A stretch of 64,000 nucleotides of DNA, from contig CBDCXM010000008.1 in the NCBI GenBank assembly GCA_965223855.1, forward strand, positions 544,001-608,000, in the 5' to 3' direction. The notes under the pieces were generated by a model that was not told the origin of the DNA, made no database searches, and saw nothing but the letters and a program-made list of their open reading frames with translations. Positions 27,901 through 40,877 of the stretch are shown piece after piece. The position numbers and the translations under genes were made by a program. Position 1 is the first letter of the stretch. Each line of letters opens with the position of its first letter. Source of the DNA: Candidatus Multivoradales bacterium (GTDB lineage Bacteria > Acidobacteriota > Thermoanaerobaculia > Multivoradales > JAHEKO01).

Positions 27901-30570
27901 TCAGGCCTTGGCGTCGTACCAGGTGGTCCCCGTCGCGGCATCGACGACGAGCGGCACCTTCAGCGATTCGACCCTCTCCATCTCTTCGCGGACCAACTCG
28001 CTGGCAGCCTCCGCCTGGTCTGCAGGCACTTCGAGCACCAGCTCGTCGTGCACCGTCAGCAGGAGATCGACTTCGGGCATCTCGTCGGAGAGCCGGCGAT
28101 CGACCGCGATCATGGCCTTCTTGAGCAGATCGGCGGCGGTCCCCTGAATGCGGGCGTTGATCGCCATCCGCTTGGCGTTCTCGCGCACCGCATGGACCTT
28201 CGCCTTGAGCTCCGGCAGCCAGCGAACGCGGCCGTAGAGGGTCTCCACCCTCCCCGTCTCTTCGGCGGACGCCAGAGTGTCGTCCATGTAGCGCTTCACC
28301 CCGGCGTACCGCTCGAAGTAGGCGTCGATGAAGGCCTGCGCCTCGGCCCGGCCGATCTGGAGGTTCTGTGCCAGCCCGAAAGCGCTCATGCCGTAGATGA
28401 TGCCGAAGTTGATCGTCTTCGCCGCCCGCCGCTGCCGCGCCGTCACGAGCTCCGGGGCGACGTCCATCACCGCCGCCGCCGTGGCTCGGTGGATGTCCTC
28501 CCCCGCTTCGAAGGCGGCGATGAGCGCCGGCTCCTCGGCGATGTGCGCGAGCACCCGAAGCTCGATCTGACTGTAGTCGGCGACCAGCAGCCGGCACCCC
28601 TCCGGAGCGACGAACGCCTTGCGGATCTCACGGCCGAGGCGGGTCCGCACCGGGATGTTCTGAAGATTCGGATGCGACGACGACAGCCTGCCGGTCGCCG
28701 CCACCGCCTGGTCGTAGCGGGTGTGCACCCGGCCGTCCTCTGCGACGAGCGTCGGCAGCGCATCGACGTAGGTCGACTTGAGCTTCGAGATCTCGCGGTA
28801 GTCGAGCAGCTTCTCCGCCATCGGGAAGCCCTTCGCCGCGAGCTGCGTCAGCGTGTCGGCGTCGGTCGAGTAGCTCTTGGTCTTGCGGGTGCGCTTCACC
28901 ACCGGGTAGGCGAGGCGCTCGAACATCACCTCGCCGAGCTGCGCCGGCGAGTTGATGTTGAACGGCTCGCCGGCGATGTCGTAGATCTCCCCCTCGAGCT
29001 TCTCGAGGCGACCTTCGAGGTCGTCGGACATCTCGGCGAGAAACCCCGAGTCGAGGGCGATCCCCCGCTCTTCCATCCGCATCAGCACCGGCACGAGCGG
29101 CAGTTCGATGTCGCGGTAGACCTCTTCGAGGCGTCCCTCCAGCTCGTCGGCCATCGCATCGGCGAAGCGTTGCGGCAGCTCGACCTGTTCGGCCGCGAGG
29201 ACGAGCAGCCCCTCGGAACCGGGCTGCGGCTGCGAGCCGCGCTGCCAACCGGCCTCCTTGGCCGTCACAGCCTTGTACTGCAGGCGGTCGAGCGCCACCT
29301 CCGGCAGGGAGTGACCGCGCAGCGCCGGTCGCAGCACGTAGGAGGCGAGCATCGTGTCGTCGAGAGTCGCCCTCACCCGGGCTTCGCGTCCGGCGAGCCG
29401 GAGCACTTCCTTGAGGTCGTGACCGCGCAGGGTCCGTTCCCGGGCGCCGCACCACTCCTCCAGCGAGGCTCGTACCGCCTCCTCGAGCCCTTCGGTGCGG
29501 AAATCGGCGAACCGCGGCTCGCCGCCCTCTGCCGCGACCGCGAGGCCGACCGCCACCCCCGGCCCGACCGCTCCGACCACCAGTTCCCTCGGCGCCTTCG
29601 CCGCCCACTTCTTCCACGCCTCGGCCGACTCGAACTCGGCGGCCCGCTCGACCGGATCGACCGCTGGTGCAGCGTTACCGAGCTCCTCCAGCAACGAAGT
29701 GAACTCGAAGCGGCCGAAGAGCTCGGCGAGCGCCTCGGTGTCCGGAGACTCGATCCGCAGCGCTTCCGGGTCGAAGTCAATGTCCAGATCGGTGTGGATC
29801 GTCACCAACTCGCGTGACAACTCGGCGTCGGCGCGGTGTTCCTCGAGGCTCGCGCGATAACGCTTGCGCAGCCGGTAGCCCCTCTCCTCGATCTCCGCCG
29901 TGCGCTCGAGCAGCTCGTCGAGCGAGCCGAAGTCGCGGATCAGCTCGATCGCTCCCTTGGCGCCGATCCCCTGCACACCGGGGACGTTGTCGGAGCTGTC
30001 CCCCTGGATGGCGAGCACGTCGATCACCTGAGCCGGCGGTACGCCGAAGTCCTCCTCCACCAGCGCCGGGTCGTAGAGCTTGTCGCGCCCGGTGTGCATC
30101 AACGCGACATGGTCGTCGACGAGCTGCATCAGGTCCTTGTCGGCGCTCACCAGGACGACGTCGTAGCCGGCCGCCGAGGCCTTCTTCGACAGCGTCCCGA
30201 GAACGTCGTCCGCCTCGTACTTCTCCATCTCGAGGATCGGGATGCGGTAGGCCTCGATCGCCTCCCGCACCCACGGAATCTGCGGCCGCAGCTCCTCGGG
30301 CATCGGTTTGCGGTTGGCTTTGTAGTCGGCGTACTGCTCCTTTCGCACGGTGTCGCGTCCCGAGACGTCGAGGGCGACGCCGATCAGTTCCGGCTCCTCC
30401 TCCTTGAGGAGCTTGCGCAACATGTTGATGAAGCCGTAGACCGCGTTCGTCGGCTCGCCCTTCGAGTTCGACAGCTCCCGGATCGCGTGGAAGGCGCGGA
30501 AGATGTTGGAGTAGCCGTCGATCAGGAAGAGGCGGGGACGCTCGTTCGTTCCGCTTGGTTTGGCCGCCAT
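27901..30570 (-). CDS. polA: DNA polymerase I
   Basis: 5'-3' exonuclease (LIDG, YKANR, YEADD, GDSSDNVPGV) and polymerase motifs (ADYSQIELR, AKTINFGIIYG, VHDEL). Confidence 0.99.
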   Translation of the reverse strand: MAAKPSGTNERPRLFLIDGYSNIFRAFHAIRELSNSKGEPTNAVYGFINMLRKLLKEEEPELIGVALDVSGRDTVRKEQYADYKANRKPMPEELRPQIPWVREAIEAYRIPILEMEKYEADDVLGTLSKKASAAGYDVVLVSADKDLMQLVDDHVALMHTGRDKLYDPALVEEDFGVPPAQVIDVLAIQGDSSDNVPGVQGIGAKGAIELIRDFGSLDELLERTAEIEERGYRLRKRYRASLEEHRADAELSRELVTIHTDLDIDFDPEALRIESPDTEALAELFGRFEFTSLLEELGNAAPAVDPVERAAEFESAEAWKKWAAKAPRELVVGAVGPGVAVGLAVAAEGGEPRFADFRTEGLEEAVRASLEEWCGARERTLRGHDLKEVLRLAGREARVRATLDDTMLASYVLRPALRGHSLPEVALDRLQYKAVTAKEAGWQRGSQPQPGSEGLLVLAAEQVELPQRFADAMADELEGRLEEVYRDIELPLVPVLMRMEERGIALDSGFLAEMSDDLEGRLEKLEGEIYDIAGEPFNINSPAQLGEVMFERLAYPVVKRTRKTKSYSTDADTLTQLAAKGFPMAEKLLDYREISKLKSTYVDALPTLVAEDGRVHTRYDQAVAATGRLSSSHPNLQNIPVRTRLGREIRKAFVAPEGCRLLVADYSQIELRVLAHIAEEPALIAAFEAGEDIHRATAAAVMDVAPELVTARQRRAAKTINFGIIYGMSAFGLAQNLQIGRAEAQAFIDAYFERYAGVKRYMDDTLASAEETGRVETLYGRVRWLPELKAKVHAVRENAKRMAINARIQGTAADLLKKAMIAVDRRLSDEMPEVDLLLTVHDELVLEVPADQAEAASELVREEMERVESLKVPLVVDAATGTTWYDAKA

Positions 30571-30595
30571 GGGGCGGTCATTCTATGCTCCGCTC

Positions 30596-30892
30596 ATGGA
30601 GTCGATCGGCGAGATGTTGCGGATGATGGGGCTCGGATCGTGGATCCTGATGGGGCTGCTCTCGGGAGCGGTCGCCAAGTACCTGCTGCCGGGCAAGGAT
30701 CCCGGCGGCTGTGTCGTGACGACGTTGATCGGCGTTGCCGGGGCACTGCTCGGAGGCTTCGTCGCCACCTATCTCGGCTTCGGCGGGCTCTCCGGCTTCG
30801 ATATCCGGAGCTTCGTCATCGCCACGCTCGGCGCCTTTCTGCTGCTGCTCCTGCTGCGGGTGCTCAGCGGCGGCCGCAAGGACGACGACTGA
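30596..30892 (+). CDS. GlsB/YeaQ/YmgE (transglycosylase-associated) membrane protein
   Basis: SWILMGLLSGAVAKYLLPG...TTLIGVAGALLGGFV...ATLGA; start could instead be ATG 30614, 30623 or 30626. Confidence 0.9.
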   Translation: MESIGEMLRMMGLGSWILMGLLSGAVAKYLLPGKDPGGCVVTTLIGVAGALLGGFVATYLGFGGLSGFDIRSFVIATLGAFLLLLLLRVLSGGRKDDD

Positions 30893-30893
30893 G

Positions 30894-33800
30894 ATGTCGT
30901 CCCTCCGCCGTCTCCTCCCAGCCGCTCTCCTCCCGATCGGGCTCGTCGCGATCGCCGGCTGTCTTCATGCCGCCACACTCCCGCCGCGGCTGCTCGAGCT
31001 GCGCAACCTCGGCTATGCCGAACTCGAGAACGAGCAGCCGGCCGCGGCGGAAGCGCACTATCGCGCCCTGATCGAGCTGGCCCCCGACGATCCGCTCGGG
31101 CATGCCAACCTCGCGATCGCGGCACTGCGTCAGCAGAACTTCGAGCAGGGGCTCGAAGCGGTCGACCGTGCTCTCGAGCTCTCGCCGGGCGACGGGAGGC
31201 TGCTGAGCATCCGTGGCGACCTCCTCCAGTGGAGCGGCGAGAGCGAGGCGGCCCTTGCCGAATACGTCGCCGCGGCGGATGCCGCCCCTTCCGACGTCGA
31301 GACGCAGTACGCGCTCTACCGGCACCTGACGACCGTGTTGCGCGAGCCGGACGAGTCGCTGATCGACCGCGTCCTGGAACGACTGGTCGATCTGCGACCG
31401 GAGAATCTGGTGGTGATGCTGCAGCAGGGACGCCGCTCACTCGAGGCGGGCGACCGGGCGACGGCCTCGACGGCCTTCCTTCGTATCGGCGAGCTGCTGT
31501 GGCAGGCGCCCCAGGGTTCCGACCGGCTGTGGGACGCGGTGATCGCCGCCCTCGAAGGCGACGACCTCGACTCCGCACGCCTCCCGGCCCAGCGCCTGGA
31601 GAACGTCCTCAAGATCACGCCGATGTACCGCGAGAGCCTGCGGGAGCTCAACACCGGCATCCAGGGGATCCCGCTGACACGGCTGGCGGGAGAGCCCGAG
31701 CCGACCGTCTTCGGCGAACCGATCGAAGTGTCGTTCCGCGGGCGGCAGCTCGAGGGTGAAGCGGGAGTCGGGGCGCCGGTGGCCGGCGACTTCGACAGCG
31801 ACGGTGTCCCCGATCTGGCGCGCCTCGCCGGCGGTGAAGACACGACCAGCCTGAAGATCCGTCTCTCGACCGCCGGGCGCGCTTCTACCTTCCCGGCCGC
31901 CGGAGCGAACCATCTTTCGGCCCTCGACCTCGACAACGACGGCCACCTCGACCTGCTGGCGGTCGGCGGCGGCTCCGGAAGATTCTGGAAGGGGGACGGT
32001 GCCGGCAGCTTCGCGGACGCCACCGAGGCGATGGGGCTCGGCGGGCTTTCCGCCTCGTCGACCGCTGCGATCGATTTCGACATCGAGGGCGATCTCGATC
32101 TCGTCGTCACCGGCGACCAGCTCGGGCTGCTGGTGAACAGCCTCCAGGGCCCGCTCGAGGCGCGCGGCTCCGACATCTTTCCCGCGTCGCAGCCCTCCTC
32201 GACCTCCGCTGCCATCGGCGATTTCGATCGTGACGGCGATCTCGACGTCGCTCTCGCCGGTGCCGGCGGCGTCTGGTGGCTCGACAACCTCCGCCAGGGA
32301 GCTTTCACACACGGTTCTACCGTGGCCGATACCGACGCGTATGTCGATCTGGAGTCCGCCGACCTCGACAACGACGGCTTCGCCGACCTCGTCGCCACCG
32401 GTCGAGGCGCCGCCCTCTATCGCAACACCGGAGGCGCCTTCGCAAGCTGGTCACTGGGGGCGAAGCTCGCGACCAGCGCGGCGCTGACCGATGTCGAGTC
32501 GCTCGACGCCGACAACGACGGACGGCTCGACCTGGCGTTCGCGGGTGCCGGTGGCGTCGTGGTGGCGGCGCAGCGAGGCGGCGGGCTGGAGTTTCTCGAT
32601 GTCGAGGACGGCCCGCAGTCCGCCTTCGGCCTGGCAGCTGCCGACTTCGACGGCGACGGCGATCTCGACCTCGCCGTCAACGGCGATTCGGGTCTGTGGC
32701 TCCTCGACAACGCCGGCGGCAACACCAACCACTGGATGACCGTGCAGCTTCGCGGCCTCACCAAGGGCAACAGCAAGAACAATGTCTATGGACTCGGCTC
32801 GGTCGTCGAGGTTCGAGCGGGTGCCGCCTACCAGTTCCGCGAGGCGGCGAGCGACGCGGTGCACTTCGGTCTCGGCAGTCGCGAACGCGCCGACCTGTTG
32901 CGGGTGGTGTGGACCAACGGTGTGCCGCAGAACCGGATCGACCCGGCGGTCGACCAGCGGATCGTCGAGGAGCAACTGCTCAAGGGGAGCTGCCCGTTCC
33001 TCTACGTCCTGGCGGACGGGGAGGTGCGGTTCGTCACCGACCTGCTGTGGAACGCCCCCGTCGGCCTGCCCCTGGCGCCGGGAGTCTTCGCTCCGGCCGA
33101 CCCGCAGGAGCTGGTCAAGATCGGCCCGGTTGCCCCTGTCGGGGGGCGATGGGATCTGAGGATCACCGAGGAGCTGTGGGAAGCCGCCTTTTTCGACTAC
33201 GTGCGGCTGTGGGTGGTCGATCACCCGGCCGACGTCGAGGTCGCCAGCAGCCTCAAGGTCGCCCCCGGCGAGGCGGGCCCCGACAGGGTGCTCGGCAGCC
33301 GAGACGTCCGGGCGCTGGCCGGCGCGTGGGACGCACGAGGAGAGGACGTGACCGGACGGGTCGCTATGCGCGACGAGGTCTACGCCGACGGCTGGCGACG
33401 GAGCCCCTATCAGGGGGTCGCCGAGGAGCGCTGGACGTTCACCTTCGATCTCGGCGAGGCGCCGGCGGCGCCGGTGCGGCTGCTGCTCGACGGCTGGATC
33501 TTCCCGGCCGATGCGAGTCTCAACCTCGCCGTCGCCCAGCGCAGCGACTTCGACACCCGGATGCCGTCGCTCGAGGTCGAGGTCGACGGCTCATGGCAGC
33601 CGTTGATCGAGACGATCGGCCACCCGGCCGGCAAGACGAAGACGATGGTCGTCGACACTCCGCCGCTGCCGGCCGGTGCCCGACGCCTGCGGATCGTCGC
33701 CGGCCAGTGGCTCTCCTGGGATCGCATCGCCTGGACGGCCCGGCCCGACGACCGGAGCGCCCGCGTCGTGGCGCGACTCGAACCGGCGACCGCCGACCTC

Positions 33801-34235
33801 GCCTTCCGCGGCTTCTCCAGGGTCGTCCGGCGAGCGCCCAACGCACCTCACGAGTTCGACTATTCGGTGGTCTCCCGCGAGTCCCCGTGGCTGCCGTTCC
33901 CGGGCCGCTACACACGGTTCGGCGACGTCCGCGAGCTGCTCGTGGAGAGCGACGACCGCTCCGTCATCATGGCCGCCGGCGACGAGATGCGTCTCACGTT
34001 CGACGCCGCGTCTCTGCCGGCGCCTCCGGCCGGCTGGAAGAGGACGCTCTTCCTCGAAAGCCACGGTTGGGACAAGGACGCCGACCGCAACACCTTCGAG
34101 GGGCGCCGGATCGAGCCGTTGCCCTTCCAGGCGATGGAGACCTACGGCGAAGCGTTCCCCGACACCGAGTGGGCACGTCTCTACCGCGAGCGCTGGCTCA
34201 CCCGCGAAGTGGTCGCTTCACCCGAGCCCCGCTAG
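30894..34235 (+). CDS. Exported TPR + FG-GAP (integrin-like) repeat + ASPIC/UnbV protein
   Basis: Start ATG 30894; signal with IAGC; N-terminal TPRs; repeated DxDxDGxxD motifs; VHFGLG...VVWTNG; KGSCPFLY; conserved C-terminal domain (GWDKDAD). Confidence 0.88.
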   Translation: MSSLRRLLPAALLPIGLVAIAGCLHAATLPPRLLELRNLGYAELENEQPAAAEAHYRALIELAPDDPLGHANLAIAALRQQNFEQGLEAVDRALELSPGDGRLLSIRGDLLQWSGESEAALAEYVAAADAAPSDVETQYALYRHLTTVLREPDESLIDRVLERLVDLRPENLVVMLQQGRRSLEAGDRATASTAFLRIGELLWQAPQGSDRLWDAVIAALEGDDLDSARLPAQRLENVLKITPMYRESLRELNTGIQGIPLTRLAGEPEPTVFGEPIEVSFRGRQLEGEAGVGAPVAGDFDSDGVPDLARLAGGEDTTSLKIRLSTAGRASTFPAAGANHLSALDLDNDGHLDLLAVGGGSGRFWKGDGAGSFADATEAMGLGGLSASSTAAIDFDIEGDLDLVVTGDQLGLLVNSLQGPLEARGSDIFPASQPSSTSAAIGDFDRDGDLDVALAGAGGVWWLDNLRQGAFTHGSTVADTDAYVDLESADLDNDGFADLVATGRGAALYRNTGGAFASWSLGAKLATSAALTDVESLDADNDGRLDLAFAGAGGVVVAAQRGGGLEFLDVEDGPQSAFGLAAADFDGDGDLDLAVNGDSGLWLLDNAGGNTNHWMTVQLRGLTKGNSKNNVYGLGSVVEVRAGAAYQFREAASDAVHFGLGSRERADLLRVVWTNGVPQNRIDPAVDQRIVEEQLLKGSCPFLYVLADGEVRFVTDLLWNAPVGLPLAPGVFAPADPQELVKIGPVAPVGGRWDLRITEELWEAAFFDYVRLWVVDHPADVEVASSLKVAPGEAGPDRVLGSRDVRALAGAWDARGEDVTGRVAMRDEVYADGWRRSPYQGVAEERWTFTFDLGEAPAAPVRLLLDGWIFPADASLNLAVAQRSDFDTRMPSLEVEVDGSWQPLIETIGHPAGKTKTMVVDTPPLPAGARRLRIVAGQWLSWDRIAWTARPDDRSARVVARLEPATADLAFRGFSRVVRRAPNAPHEFDYSVVSRESPWLPFPGRYTRFGDVRELLVESDDRSVIMAAGDEMRLTFDAASLPAPPAGWKRTLFLESHGWDKDADRNTFEGRRIEPLPFQAMETYGEAFPDTEWARLYRERWLTREVVASPEPR

Positions 34236-34265
34236 CCTGGATGTCTCCCCAGGTCGGCCCGCCGC

Positions 34266-34910
34266 TCAATCGTCGAGCCTGACGACCGCCTCACCGACGC
34301 CGACGTCCACCCGGACCCGCGACTCACCCGGGCCGTCCCGCCAGTGGCTCTCGCTGCCGACGAGGAACGAGCGATCGCCCTCGATCCAGCCGTCCGGGAC
34401 CAGCAGCTCGGTCTCGCCGATGCCGGCATCGAGCTGCACGGACGCGAAGTCGGCGAGCTCGAGATCGATCCGCACCTCTCCGACTCCGAGGTCGACCCGA
34501 AGATCACCCCTCACTCCCTCGATTTCGAGTTCTCCGACTCCCATGTCGATCTCGAGATCGGTGTCGGCCGGATGTCGAACCGAGGCCTCCAACTGCAGAG
34601 AGTTCCACCAGCGCCACTTGGAATGCGGGGCGACCTCGACGTAGAAGTTGCCGCGCTTCTCGACGATCTCGATCGCGACGTCGTCGAGCCGCTCCTCGCA
34701 GCGATCGCGATCGCGCTTGCAACGCGCCGAGACCTCGATCAGGAAGGGCCCGGCGGACGCCCCCTCGACGTGCAGCTCCCCGACCGGGAAGTCGAGCACG
34801 ATGCGGCCGTCGCCGCTGACGTTGGCGGTCCCCTGAAGCACGCGATCCTCGGCGAGCAGGCCCGAGGGCAGGGCTAGAAGAGCGAGCAGAGCGACGGATG
34901 TCTTGCGCAT
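34266..34910 (-). CDS. Secreted beta-strand-repeat protein (DUF4097/DUF2154, LiaF/LiaG-like)
   Basis: AGGAGG RBS; signal peptide; repeats DMGVGEL, DLGVGEV, DAGIGET, DVGVGEA. Confidence 0.75.
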   Translation of the reverse strand: MRKTSVALLALLALPSGLLAEDRVLQGTANVSGDGRIVLDFPVGELHVEGASAGPFLIEVSARCKRDRDRCEERLDDVAIEIVEKRGNFYVEVAPHSKWRWWNSLQLEASVRHPADTDLEIDMGVGELEIEGVRGDLRVDLGVGEVRIDLELADFASVQLDAGIGETELLVPDGWIEGDRSFLVGSESHWRDGPGESRVRVDVGVGEAVVRLDD

Positions 34911-34934
34911 CGGATGATTCCTCCTGGGCATCCC

Positions 34935-34960
34935 TACGGACTTCGCCCTCAGAGGTTTCG
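34935..34960 (-). promoter_or_regulatory. ECF sigma (SigW-type) promoter
   Basis: Minus strand CGAAAC-N16-CGTA matches the B. subtilis SigW-type consensus TGAAAC-N16-CGTA; lies upstream of an envelope-stress-type gene. Confidence 0.55.
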
Positions 34961-34984
34961 GCGCCGGGGTTCCCGGCGCGGGCC

Positions 34985-38031
<3,047 letters not shown>

Positions 38032-38041
38032 TCGACTGTTC

Positions 38042-39076
38042 TCAACTCCCCAGGGTGAGGTTGGGATTCAGGTTCAGGGCGTAGCTGCGCACACCTTCCA
38101 TCAGCGCTTCGGCGAGAAACTGGCGGTAGTCGGAACGCTCCAGCAGCTTCGCTTCCTCCGCGTTGGACAGACACCCTATCTCAGCCAGCACCGCCGGCAT
38201 CTCGGTACGAATCAGGACTCCGAACGGCGCCGATTTCACCCCCCGATTCTCCACCCAGGGGTTGATCGTCCGCAGCGACTTGAGCAACTCCCGCTGGATC
38301 GCCTGGGCCAGCTCCCGCGACTCCGAGCGCCGCACGCCGACATACACCCTCTCGAGCGCTTCGCGGAAGTCGCGCAGGGCGAGCTCGGTCCCGAGGTTTT
38401 CGCGCGCGGCGTGCCGCTGGAGATCCTCGTCGTCCGTCGGCCCGAGATAGAACGTCTCCACCGCCCGCACGTCGTTCTCGACGAACCAATTGATGTGGAT
38501 CGAGACGAAGATGTCCGCTCCCACCTCGTTCGCACGATCTCCGCGCGCTTCGAGCGAAAGCTCGCGATCCTCTTCGCGCGTCAGGAACACCTCGAACCCC
38601 TGTTTCTCGAGCAACTCGCGAAGGCGGAGCGCAATGTCGAGGGTGATCTCCTTCTCCTGCAGGCCGGTGGCGCTCGCCGTGCCGCGATGGATCCCACCAT
38701 GGCCCGGATCGAGCACTACACGGCGCACGGAGAACGGCAGCACACCACGGCCGAGCGCCGCCGAATCTCCATCGCCTACAGCGCTCTCCCGCGGCGGGGA
38801 GTTCGGCCTCGCCGCCGGGGGCGGCACCAGCAGGACGGTGCGCTCGCCGGCGGGGGCCGGATCCTGGGGTCGCAGGTAAGCGGTTGCCAGCACGTAGGAA
38901 GCCCCGGCCAGCACCATCAGGCCGATGCTCAGAGCGAAGGCACGGACGATGCGCTGGCGGCGCCGGCGGCGGGACTCGGAGGGCGCCGGTATCCCGTGCA
39001 TGGTGCGGTAGTTCTCCTCCACTGCCTGACGCAGCAGGCGGCGGCGCAACGCACGTTCCCTGGCCAGCGATTTCAT
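38042..39076 (-). CDS. Membrane-anchored N-acetylmuramoyl-L-alanine amidase (Amidase_3)
   Basis: Arg-rich N-terminus plus one TM segment; VVLDPGHGG, EKEITL, FVSIHIN, ENRGVKSAPFGVL, AVLAEIG. Confidence 0.93.
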   Translation of the reverse strand: MKSLARERALRRRLLRQAVEENYRTMHGIPAPSESRRRRRQRIVRAFALSIGLMVLAGASYVLATAYLRPQDPAPAGERTVLLVPPPAARPNSPPRESAVGDGDSAALGRGVLPFSVRRVVLDPGHGGIHRGTASATGLQEKEITLDIALRLRELLEKQGFEVFLTREEDRELSLEARGDRANEVGADIFVSIHINWFVENDVRAVETFYLGPTDDEDLQRHAARENLGTELALRDFREALERVYVGVRRSESRELAQAIQRELLKSLRTINPWVENRGVKSAPFGVLIRTEMPAVLAEIGCLSNAEEAKLLERSDYRQFLAEALMEGVRSYALNLNPNLTLGS

Positions 39077-39142
39077 CGATGTCGCTCTCCGCACAGAAGG
39101 CTCTCACGGCGGAAGTGCCCGCTGCTACCCTGTGCCATCACC

Positions 39143-40081
39143 ATGGCGCAGCTCCCTCCAGGGCCGAGGCCCGTCGATCGGGTTCGAGACCAGCCGCCCG
39201 AGGACCCTCAGTGGCGCGCCGACGCGCTCGCGCAAAGCGGGCACTCCCGCCTCGAGGACGAACTTCGGGAGCCCCTCGACGACCACGACCCCGAGAAAGC
39301 GGCCGAGATCTGCGCGCAGGTCTCCCGCGACCTGCTGGGCGATCTCGCCCCCGCGCTGTTGCTTCTTCCCGAGCGCGAAAGGGTGCGGGTTCAGGCGCTG
39401 TGCGCCTTCGCGCGTACGCTCTTCGACTTCGCCCGGCAGTCGGGCCTCGAAGGAGAGAAGCTGGCGCAGATCAATCGCTGGTGTTTCGACCTCGAGGCGG
39501 CGCTCGACGGCGAGCCGCCCGGCCAGCCGGTGTTCGTTCAGATGGCGGCCTGCGAGCGGGGCCGGCCGTGGCCGCGCGAAGCGCTCGACGGGATCGCGGC
39601 CGCGGCGCGCAACCGGGCGATGAAGCCGCGGGTGCGCTCCGCCGAAGAGGCCGCCGACCGCGCGGAGCGGCTCGGGCGGTCGCTGGCAGAAGCGCTGGTA
39701 CCCGACGGTGGCGCCGGGTTCGGGCCGCTCGGCGGAGCTCTCCTGCGCGTCCGCGCGCTCGAGATGCTCCACGACGACCAGCGCCGTCACCTTTCGTCGC
39801 TGCCGATCGAGGACCTGCCCGATGCCGTCACCTCGGGACGCGAGGCCGACGAAGCTCTGACGGCCGCCGCGATCGATCGCGAGATCGTGCGCCTGCGTCC
39901 CCTGCTCGTACGGATCGATCTGGCGACGCTGCGGCCGCCCTGGCGCCGGGCGGCGAGCTATGCGGTGCGGGTCGCACGGCGAGCGCTCGAGCGGCCCCGC
40001 GAGTTCGGGCGCGAGCCGAGGCCACTCGGACTGGGGCCTCGACTGGCGATCCTGCTGCTCAGCCGGCTCCGCCCTCTCTAG
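39143..40081 (+). CDS. Squalene/phytoene synthase-fold protein with degenerate catalytic motifs
   Basis: Start ATG 39143; LLLPERER...ALCAFARTLFD...RW...L..AL.G...PVF fold signature; DDxxD-type motifs absent. Confidence 0.7.
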   Translation: MAQLPPGPRPVDRVRDQPPEDPQWRADALAQSGHSRLEDELREPLDDHDPEKAAEICAQVSRDLLGDLAPALLLLPERERVRVQALCAFARTLFDFARQSGLEGEKLAQINRWCFDLEAALDGEPPGQPVFVQMAACERGRPWPREALDGIAAAARNRAMKPRVRSAEEAADRAERLGRSLAEALVPDGGAGFGPLGGALLRVRALEMLHDDQRRHLSSLPIEDLPDAVTSGREADEALTAAAIDREIVRLRPLLVRIDLATLRPPWRRAASYAVRVARRALERPREFGREPRPLGLGPRLAILLLSRLRPL

Positions 40082-40151
40082 CCGAAGAGTCCACTCGGGC
40101 CGCGGCCGCCGACACCGGTCGGCGGCATGATCCCCCGGCGAGCGTTCTCGT

Positions 40152-40715
40152 CTACCAGGTGAACGCGATGCCGAGGTGCAGCGCTCCGCCGGTCAGGTCG
40201 ATCGGGCCGTCGCGCTCCAGGCCGAGGTCGTCCTCCTCGAACTCGGCCTCGAGGATGCGGTAGACCCCCTGCACGTAGATCGCCGTGGAGTCGTTGAGAT
40301 CGAAGTCGAGACCGACCTGTACGTAGTAGCCCCACTCCGGATCGATGTCGGTCGTGCGCTGCGGATTGGTGATCGTCGAATCGACGCCGAAATCGAGCAC
40401 CGCGAACGTGCCGCCGCCGCCGACGTACGGATGAACCCGATCCCCGGAGCCGAAGTTGTAGTTGAAGCCGAAATCCACCGGCGTCGCCTCGAGAATCAGC
40501 CTCGGCGAGGTACCTTCGACCTCCAGCTCTTCGTAGATCGTGACGCGGAACTCGAAGTCCCACGGGCCGGAGCCGAAACGGGCGTCAAAGCCGAAGCCCG
40601 GACTCTCGTCCGTCCCGTCCGGGGAGAAGGTCGATGCGTGCACTCCGATGGTGCTGGCAGCCGCGGGTGCGGCGCACAGTGTCACTACGAGCAGTCCTAG
40701 GATCCATCTGTTCAT
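40152..40715 (-). CDS. Outer-membrane beta-barrel protein (OmpA/OmpW-like, 8-stranded)
   Basis: GGAGG RBS; signal peptide; PYVGGG; alternating beta strands; C-terminal aromatic residue (LGIAFTW). Confidence 0.85.
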   Translation of the reverse strand: MNRWILGLLVVTLCAAPAAASTIGVHASTFSPDGTDESPGFGFDARFGSGPWDFEFRVTIYEELEVEGTSPRLILEATPVDFGFNYNFGSGDRVHPYVGGGGTFAVLDFGVDSTITNPQRTTDIDPEWGYYVQVGLDFDLNDSTAIYVQGVYRILEAEFEEDDLGLERDGPIDLTGGALHLGIAFTW

Positions 40716-40877
40716 CCAACACCTCCGGTGTTCGGTGTTTCGGCTGTCCAACGATCGCGGCGATTCTCAAGGAATCGTTGAGGGATTGCAAGCCAAGGGT
40801 GCACGATGATGGGGTTTTCTGGCTGCGGAACCTTCCGCAGGGGCGGCGAAACGGGGATCGCGGCTATGATCCGTCCG

